This document shows, one piece after another, positions 42,922-48,190 of a DNA stretch of 48,190 nucleotides. Position numbers and translations under genes: made by a program. Each line of letters begins with the position of its first letter. Positions within the stretch are counted from its first letter, which is position 1. The stretch spans positions 1-48,190 of the forward strand of contig CAZCKP010000001.1 of assembly GCA_964499295.1 (NCBI GenBank), written 5' to 3'. Below the pieces are notes generated by a model. It saw nothing but the letters and a program-made list of their open reading frames with translations, was not told the DNA's origin and did not search any database. The DNA is from an uncultured Synergistaceae bacterium (GTDB lineage Bacteria; Synergistota; Synergistia; Synergistales; Dethiosulfovibrionaceae).

Positions 42922-42952
42922 AAAAAGGCCCTGGCGCCGAAGCTCCAGGGCC
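42922..42952 (-). terminator. Rho-independent terminator of the encapsulin operon
   Basis: Minus strand: GGCCCTGG-AGCTTCGGCG-CCAGGGCC followed by TTTTTG, 10 nt after the encapsulin stop. Confidence 0.75.
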
Positions 42953-42961
42953 CTGTGGTGG

Positions 42962-43774
42962 TTACTCGAAGATCACGATAGCCTGGGGATCCTTGATCCG
43001 CAGCGCCACCGTCTCCATGATCCGGAAGGGGTGGTTCAAATCGCTCTGGCCGAGGTACCCCACCGAGAGGTCCAGCCCCACGGCCATGTCCACGTACTGG
43101 GGTTCGGCGCAGATCAGCGCGGCCTTGCCCAGAGAGAAGTCTCCCACGGGGTAGACCCGGTCCTGGACCAGCTTTTTCACCCGGTCGATCTCCAGCAGCC
43201 CTACGTTGGGCTCCAGCCGCTGCAGCTGCAGGTACAGGTTGGGGCTCAGGATCAGGGCGTAGCGCCCCAACATGCCGTTGCCGGCGAAGTAGGCAATGCC
43301 GTGGGCCACGTCGGTGTGGGGACCTTCGCCGACGGACCAATCGCTGCGCTTGATCTTGTGGGCTCCATCGGCGTTAAAGAGACCCCTATGGCCTAGGGTC
43401 TTGTCGCCAAAGAGCAGAAAGTCGTCCTCCTGCTTGGCGCTCTTCTGGGCGGCACGGGCCACCGCCGACAGGTCCAGGGGCAGGCCGTTCTTCTCGGCCT
43501 CAGCGACGTCGCGCCAGTACAGCGTAAAGTCCTGATAGAGCATAGGCAACTCCAGCAGGTTCCGGCCAGTGCGACGCCCCAGATTGCCATCTAGCGCTTC
43601 GCCGTAGCCCTTGCCGTCGACGGGCACGTAGGAAGCACCGGCGCCCAGGGGGCCGTAAAGGGGCAGAAAGCGGCGACAGACCATGTGCTGCTTAGCTCCG
43701 GCAATTACCGTTGAGTCAATTTGTTCCCACAGTTCCTCGGAAATAGGCGAGTCATTCCGCGCAAGGTAGTCCAT
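42962..43774 (-). CDS. Family-1 encapsulin nanocompartment shell protein (linocin M18-like, HK97 fold)
   Basis: 270-aa ORF with GGAGG 7 nt upstream. It is collinear with T. maritima encapsulin: MDYLARNDSPISEELWEQID (vs [20 protein letters not shown]), RFLPLYGPLG, and the C-terminal DLSVGYLGQSDLNHPFRIMETVALRIKDPQAIVIFE (vs [37 protein letters not shown]). Confidence 0.88.
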   Translation of the reverse strand: MDYLARNDSPISEELWEQIDSTVIAGAKQHMVCRRFLPLYGPLGAGASYVPVDGKGYGEALDGNLGRRTGRNLLELPMLYQDFTLYWRDVAEAEKNGLPLDLSAVARAAQKSAKQEDDFLLFGDKTLGHRGLFNADGAHKIKRSDWSVGEGPHTDVAHGIAYFAGNGMLGRYALILSPNLYLQLQRLEPNVGLLEIDRVKKLVQDRVYPVGDFSLGKAALICAEPQYVDMAVGLDLSVGYLGQSDLNHPFRIMETVALRIKDPQAIVIFE

Positions 43775-43789
43775 GATATCACCTCCGGC

Positions 43790-44146
43790 CTATTGGTCCA
43801 AAAGGCTGCCCACCGTGGCGCCAGAGGACGAAGGGGCTTTTTTCGCGATGCCCAGCTTTTCCAGCATCTCGTTGACTTCCTCTTCCCCTTCCAGGAAGAA
43901 CTCCGCTTCCTTGGGGTCCAGGTGGCGCATCAGCGTGATCAGCTCGCCGACGTGGACTTTTTCCTCGTCCCGAATGTCGGCCAGCACCGCTTTGGCCGCG
44001 GGGTCATCGGTGGCCTGGTAGTGGGCGTCGTAAAGGAAAATGGCCTCCAGCTCTCCGGCGATATCCTGGCGGAGGGCCTGCATCAGCTCGGCATTGGATA
44101 GTTTTCGTTCCACGTTAGCGGAAAAGGGATCAGCAAAGGCTGCCAT
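43790..44146 (-). CDS. Encapsulated ferritin-like cargo protein (EncFtn) with C-terminal encapsulin targeting peptide
   Basis: Track ORF trimmed to Met19 (AGGAGG 9 nt upstream). GELEAIFLYDAHY...DIRDEEKVHVGEL is the EncFtn di-iron (E...ExxH) pattern. The C-terminus ...SSSGATVGSLLDQ resembles the (T/S)VGSL cargo-loading peptide. It lies 15 nt upstream of the shell gene. Confidence 0.85.
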   Translation of the reverse strand: MAAFADPFSANVERKLSNAELMQALRQDIAGELEAIFLYDAHYQATDDPAAKAVLADIRDEEKVHVGELITLMRHLDPKEAEFFLEGEEEVNEMLEKLGIAKKAPSSSGATVGSLLDQ

Positions 44147-44251
44147 AACAACACCTCCTGAGGTTTTGAGGACAGAAAGAGAACTCCCTAGCCTGATCAA
44201 AGGACGGTCACCAGGGTTTTACCCCACGATTACGACCTTTGACTAACCCTT

Positions 44252-44280
44252 ATTATAGGCTGTCGACTATGGCCCGGCAA
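44252..44280 (-). promoter_or_regulatory. Near-consensus sigma70-type promoter of the EncFtn-encapsulin operon
   Basis: Minus strand: TTGCCG (44275-44280), 17-nt spacer, TATAAT (44252-44257). The predicted 5' UTR is about 95 nt. Confidence 0.6.
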
Positions 44281-44366
44281 GGTCGCGCCCAAAGACGCAA
44301 TGTTTTCGTCGATTACAGATAGCTAACTCTTCTGCTCCTGGCTCTTCTGTCGCCGCCCTCGCCCTT

Positions 44367-45182
44367 TTATGCATCAGCGCCCAAGGTCCCCTGGGCGACC
44401 ACCGAGGTGGCTCCGCCGAGGCGCACCGAAAAGACCAGGGACTGGAGCTCCTCGAAGACGATCCTGTTGGTGCCCCCGGGATTGTGGACCTCCACCGGCG
44501 AGGCCATGCGGTGCAGCAGATGGGCCGCCAGGGCCGAGGCCACGCCGCCGGTGCCGCAGGAATCGGTGAGGTCCTCCACGCCCCGTTCGTAGGTCACCGC
44601 TTCTACCTCACCCCGCCCGGCGGGACGGACGAAGTTCACGTTGGCCCCCTGGGGAAAGAGGTCTCGACGGTTCCGCATAGTTCGGCCCAGTCGCACCATG
44701 GTCTCACGATCGGGAAGCTGGGAGGCCATCAGTACCAGATGGGGCACTCCCACGGTCATGTAGACGGCCCGAAAGACTCGATCTTCCAGCTCTATCACCC
44801 GGTCGATCCACTGGGGATCCAGGCTGACCTGGCCCAGGTCCAGCTCCACGTAGCGCCCCTGGACCGTCGCCTTGACGGTGCCGGCCAGGGTTTCGAAGCA
44901 CATCGACGCACCTGCGATGGCTCTCTCGTAGGCGAAGCGGGCGACGCAACGGGCGCCGTTGCCGCACATCTCCCCTTCGGTGCCGTCGGAGTTGAAGATC
45001 CGCATCATGAAGCTGCCCTGGCTGGACTGCTGCACCGCCAATATCCCATCGGCTCCGATGGAACGGCGGCGTTGGCAGAGACGGCGAGCCAGCGACGCCA
45101 GGTCCTGATCGGACCAGCTCTCGTCCCGGAGATCCAGGACGATGAAGTCGTTGCCGTTGCCGTTGATCTTCCAAAATTCCAT
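44367..45182 (-). CDS. dapF: Diaminopimelate epimerase
   Basis: 271-aa ORF beginning MEFWKINGNGNDFIVLD, with catalytic Cys motifs MCGNGARC and DSCGTG. Confidence 0.9.
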   Translation of the reverse strand: MEFWKINGNGNDFIVLDLRDESWSDQDLASLARRLCQRRRSIGADGILAVQQSSQGSFMMRIFNSDGTEGEMCGNGARCVARFAYERAIAGASMCFETLAGTVKATVQGRYVELDLGQVSLDPQWIDRVIELEDRVFRAVYMTVGVPHLVLMASQLPDRETMVRLGRTMRNRRDLFPQGANVNFVRPAGRGEVEAVTYERGVEDLTDSCGTGGVASALAAHLLHRMASPVEVHNPGGTNRIVFEELQSLVFSVRLGGATSVVAQGTLGADA

Positions 45183-45269
45183 GGTCTCCGCCTCCTAGCT
45201 TCAGATGGCTACATTATACACCCACGACGAAACAGAGCCGGAACTCCTGGGAGCTCCGGCTCTGGACAA

Positions 45270-46688
45270 TCACAATTGGCCGTTGGGAAGAGTCTCCTGG
45301 GCTCGAAGGCGCTTCAGCTCCGGTAGGATGTAGCCTATAGTGACCAGCGCCGACAGGGAATCGGCCAGGGGAGCCGAGAAGAGCAATCCCCGCAGGCCCA
45401 AGAACAGGGGCAGGATCAGACAGGCCGGTACCATAAAGCCCAAACGCTGGATCAGCGTCAGCACTATGGCCTTGCCGGGCCGTCCCGTGGCCTGGAAGTA
45501 GATGGCCGTCACAGTCTGGAAGCCCATCAGCGGGACCATACAGAGGAACACCCGGAAGAACAGCCTAGCGAAATCGTTGTACAGCTCGTTTTCGTGGCCA
45601 AAGGCCCCGATGATCAGGTCAGGGGCGAATTGGAATACCAAAAAGCCGCTGACGGCGCAGGCCGTAGCCATGGCCGTGGAGGCAAAGTAAACCCGGCGCA
45701 CCCGACCCAGGTTGCCGGCGCCGTAGTTGTAGCCCGTAATGGGCTGGCCGCCGATGGCGATTCCCACCAGCAGGGACATCAGAATCTGGTTGACCTTCAT
45801 CACGATGCCCGCCGCCGACAGCGGGATCTCAGCACCGTAGGGCGACAGGGCGCCGTAGTAGGCCAGGGAGTTGTTGAGCACGATCTGGATCACCGTCAGA
45901 GTAGTGTGGTTCAACAGGCTCGAGGCGCCCAGGGTCACGATGCGTCGCACCACCGGCCATTGCAGCCTCAGGTGGCTCCGCAACAGAGCGATACACTTAA
46001 ACCTCTTGATATAGGCTGTGGTGGCCCCAAAGGAAGCGACCTGACTGATCACCGTGGCCCAGGCCGCCCCGGCCACGCCCATGTTCAGACCCCAACTGAA
46101 AATGAAAATGGGGTCCAGCACTATGTTCAGCACCGCCCCCAGCATGGCCGACCACATGGCGTAGCGGGGGCTGCTGTCGGCGCGGATGATGTTGCTCAGG
46201 CCCATGGTGACCATTACTAGGGGCGTGCCCAACAGGATAATGCGGCCGTAGGACAGGGCGTAGGGCATCACCCTGTCGGTGGTGCCGAAAAGCCGTAGCA
46301 GCGGCGTCAAAAAGACCATGGCCAACGCCGCCAGCACCACACCCACGCAGGACTGGAGGATCAGGGCGTTGCCCACGTATTGGGCCGCCCGATCCTTATC
46401 GCCCTGGCCCAGGCTGAGGCTAAAGTTGGCCGCGCAACCGTTACCGATCAGTAGCGACAGCGCCATGGTGATGGACACCAGGGGAAAAGTCACGTTGGTG
46501 GCTGCGTTACCCAGGTATCCCACGCCCCAGCCGATATAGATCTGATCCACGATATTGTAGAGAGCCGTAACCAGCAGCGAGACCACCGTGGGGAGCGAAA
46601 ACTTCAGCAGCAGCCGTCCCAGCGGCGCTTCGCTGAGTTGTCGCTCCTCGGCGGTCTTGACCGATCTATCTTTGTCCAATTGGTCCAC
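45270..46688 (-). CDS. MATE family efflux transporter
   Basis: 472-aa, 12-TM ORF. LLKFSLPTVVSLLVTALYNIVDQIYIG is the typical MATE N-terminus. Confidence 0.88.
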   Translation of the reverse strand: MDQLDKDRSVKTAEERQLSEAPLGRLLLKFSLPTVVSLLVTALYNIVDQIYIGWGVGYLGNAATNVTFPLVSITMALSLLIGNGCAANFSLSLGQGDKDRAAQYVGNALILQSCVGVVLAALAMVFLTPLLRLFGTTDRVMPYALSYGRIILLGTPLVMVTMGLSNIIRADSSPRYAMWSAMLGAVLNIVLDPIFIFSWGLNMGVAGAAWATVISQVASFGATTAYIKRFKCIALLRSHLRLQWPVVRRIVTLGASSLLNHTTLTVIQIVLNNSLAYYGALSPYGAEIPLSAAGIVMKVNQILMSLLVGIAIGGQPITGYNYGAGNLGRVRRVYFASTAMATACAVSGFLVFQFAPDLIIGAFGHENELYNDFARLFFRVFLCMVPLMGFQTVTAIYFQATGRPGKAIVLTLIQRLGFMVPACLILPLFLGLRGLLFSAPLADSLSALVTIGYILPELKRLRAQETLPNGQL

Positions 46689-46722
46689 TTTTTTCCTCCT
46701 AAATGAATGAAAAGCTCCAGCC

Positions 46723-47154
46723 TCAGGATTTGGCGCTCTTGGCGGCGTTGGCAGCCATGAGGGTCAATAGCTCCTGAGCCTGTCTAAGGCCTTGGCTGTC
46801 CATGTCCTCGCTTAGCCGACGACTCCACTCCTGGGCGGAGTCAACGACGTGGTGCATCAGGGCCCAACCGGCATCGCTGACATAGACCCGTATCTTCCGG
46901 CGGTCCCGGAGATCGCCTTCCCGCCGGATCAGGCCCTTATCTTCCAGGTGACAGAGCCCACGGGTCACGTTGCTCTTGTTCAAGCCGATGCCGTCGGCGA
47001 TGTCCTCCTGGACAGTGCCCTGATGATCCCGGAGGTAGAGCAAAAAGCTCAGGTCCCCTACGGTCAACCCCAAAGCGCTGAGCCGCCGATTATGAAAGAT
47101 GACGCCGTAGCGGTGGATCAAGGTGATCAGCTTCCCCAGATCTTCCGCGGTCAC
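46723..47154 (-). CDS. MarR family transcriptional regulator (track start 47172; GTG at 47154 preferred)
   Basis: Winged-helix region LGLTVGDLSFLLYLRDHQGTVQEDIADGIGLNKSNVTRGLCHLEDKGLIRR..DRRKIRV. AAGGAGG lies 7 nt upstream of the GTG at 47152-47154. Confidence 0.85.
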   Translation of the reverse strand: MTAEDLGKLITLIHRYGVIFHNRRLSALGLTVGDLSFLLYLRDHQGTVQEDIADGIGLNKSNVTRGLCHLEDKGLIRREGDLRDRRKIRVYVSDAGWALMHHVVDSAQEWSRRLSEDMDSQGLRQAQELLTLMAANAAKSAKS

Positions 47155-47179
47155 CTCAGTGCCTCCTTCCATAAATATA

Positions 47180-47224
47180 GTTGCAAACGCAACAGGTTAT
47201 ACCGTCCTATCGCCGCCCTGTCAA
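47180..47224 (-). promoter_or_regulatory. marR promoter with overlapping inverted-repeat operator
   Basis: Minus strand: TTGACA (47219-47224), 17-nt spacer, TATAAC (47196-47201). The inverted repeat GTTGC-n4-GCAAC (47180-47193) sits at about +1 to +20. Confidence 0.5.
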
Positions 47225-47324
47225 GGCGGTAATTCCACAGAGCCTACCGACGCCGGGAGCTTTTCCGGATATAATAGGGACAAAGGGCTCCCTTTGGCCC
47301 AATCCACAAGGAGGGACTTCCACA

Positions 47325-47690
47325 GTGAACGCTCGCTTTGCCCACACCAATTTCAACGTGCTGGACCTCGACAAAAGCCTGGCCTTTTACCAAGAAGCCC
47401 TGGGGCTTCGGGAGGTACGCCGCATAGCCAAGGAGGACTTTACCATCGTCTACCTCGGCGACGGCGTCTCGGACTTCCAATTGGAGCTGACCCATCTCAA
47501 GGACCGCAGCGAACCCTACGACCTCGGCGACGAGGAGTTCCACACGGCCTTTCGCGTCGACGACTTTCAGGGGTTCCACCAGCGACACCAGAAAATGGGC
47601 TGCATCTGCTACGAAAACTCCCAGATGGGGATCTATTTCATCAAGGACCCCGACGGCTACTGGTTGGAGATCGTCCCCATCAGGGATTAG
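47325..47690 (+). CDS. VOC-family protein, glyoxalase I (lactoylglutathione lyase)-like
   Basis: Track ORF 47181.. trimmed to the GTG at 47325 (AGGAGG 9 nt upstream). VNARFAHTNFNVLDLDKSLAFYQEALGL...QLELTH...FHTAF...DPDGYWLEIV has the spacing of the His/Glu metal ligands of glyoxalase I. TATAAT at 47270-47275. Confidence 0.78.
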   Translation: MNARFAHTNFNVLDLDKSLAFYQEALGLREVRRIAKEDFTIVYLGDGVSDFQLELTHLKDRSEPYDLGDEEFHTAFRVDDFQGFHQRHQKMGCICYENSQMGIYFIKDPDGYWLEIVPIRD

Positions 47691-47707
47691 CCCCGAGGCG
47701 TAACGAC

Positions 47708-48133
47708 ATGGCACGGAACAGCAAGGCCTACGCCTTTTTCGCGTCGCTGGGACTGATATTGGGCATCGTATTTCTGACGGTGGGCGTGCTTTTGACCCTG
47801 CGGAGCCAGACCATCAGGGAGGACTACGTCAAGACCCAGGGGGAAGTGATGGCCCTGTCCCGTCGCAGCGCCACCGTCCGATATCAAGTGGGGCCCATGA
47901 TCTACCGAAGACCCCTGAAGCTCTACAACGCCCTGCTGGACCGCGGCGATACCCTGGAGATCTACTACGATCCCCAGTCTCCGGCCACCATCGCCAGCCA
48001 GATGGACACCCTAGTGCTACCGCTGTTCTTCGGCAGCACCGGCGCGGCACTGATCGCCTTCGGCAGCACCGGCATCGCGCTGAAGCTGAAAAAGCTGAAA
48101 AAAAGGCCCCGCCAAGGACTCCCTAGGGCCTAG
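47708..48133 (+). CDS. Small membrane protein, DUF3592-like
   Basis: Track ORF 47123..48133 trimmed to the ATG at 47708: MARNSKAYAFFASLGLILGIVFLTVGVLL, then a beta-rich loop (YVKTQGEVMAL..ATVRYQV...LEIYYDP), then a second TM and a Lys-rich tail. The upstream part of the ORF overlaps the VOC gene in another frame. Confidence 0.55.
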   Translation: MARNSKAYAFFASLGLILGIVFLTVGVLLTLRSQTIREDYVKTQGEVMALSRRSATVRYQVGPMIYRRPLKLYNALLDRGDTLEIYYDPQSPATIASQMDTLVLPLFFGSTGAALIAFGSTGIALKLKKLKKRPRQGLPRA

Positions 48134-48190
48134 AGACGGCCCCGCTCCGGGAGGGTAGTAGGCTCCTCGGGATGTACAAATTTTGCGTTC

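Noticed and set aside
48028-48073. 16-nt direct repeat CTTCGGCAGCACCGGC occurring twice, 30 nt apart
   Set aside because: It lies inside the DUF3592-like ORF and encodes a duplicated FGSTG(A/I)AL segment of the second TM helix. It is not a CRISPR or regulatory repeat.
1-48190. Window-wide look for CRISPR arrays, IS elements/transposases, integrases, prophage genes, toxin-antitoxin pairs, rRNA and tRNA genes
   Set aside because: None found by eye. There are no spaced direct repeats, no DDE or tyrosine-recombinase motifs, and no tRNA T-arm (GGTTCGAATCC-like) sequences in intergenic regions. The window looks like core chromosome apart from the encapsulin operon.

Overview
This is a GC-rich, densely coding 48.2-kb chromosomal window with about 45 protein genes. 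I saw no rRNA, tRNA, CRISPR array, transposase or integrase. Firmicute-like housekeeping order (tmk-holB-ricT, RNase J) sits beside diderm envelope genes (lptC/lptD-like, csaB). That mix suggests an atypical diderm such as a Synergistota-type organism, but this is inference only. Layout: (1) 1-7488 minus strand: eight tightly coupled genes, uppP-maf-large membrane protein-csaB-transketolase-like N and C subunits-ftsE-ftsX. (2) AEC permease, RNase J and divergent greA. (3) LysM/M23 peptidase, secreted unknown protein, lptC-like and lptD-like genes. (4) rho, cold-shock protein, glpX, purB, ftsY, ricT, holB, tmk. (5) M18 aminopeptidase. (6) prfB with its programmed +1 frameshift, coupled to an S55-type peptidase. 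It is transcribed divergently from selD, which carries an in-frame UGA (selenocysteine) followed by a hairpin. A 35-codon ORF and a helicase IV-like gene follow selD. (7) A TPP riboswitch followed by a transport-only thiT-thiZ-thiX-thiY-thiW operon. (8) DEAD-box RNA helicase. (9) sfsA fusion, CoA-disulfide-reductase/rhodanese, then a family-1 encapsulin plus encapsulated-ferritin cargo operon with a clear promoter and terminator. (10) dapF, MATE, MarR, a glyoxalase-like VOC protein and a DUF3592-like protein. Many long track ORFs that overlap these genes antisense or in other frames are GC-driven artefacts. The most noteworthy points are four. First, the split transketolase-like pair keeps the TPP/metal motif but has lost all conserved active-site histidines, and it sits inside the csaB/ftsEX envelope operon. 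Second, two UGA-recoding genes (prfB and selD) face each other across 158 bp. Third, there is an encapsulin iron-storage operon. Fourth, Rho, RicT, RNase J and the DEAD-box helicase all carry long low-complexity extensions. All homology statements are by-eye motif recognition; no searches were run.
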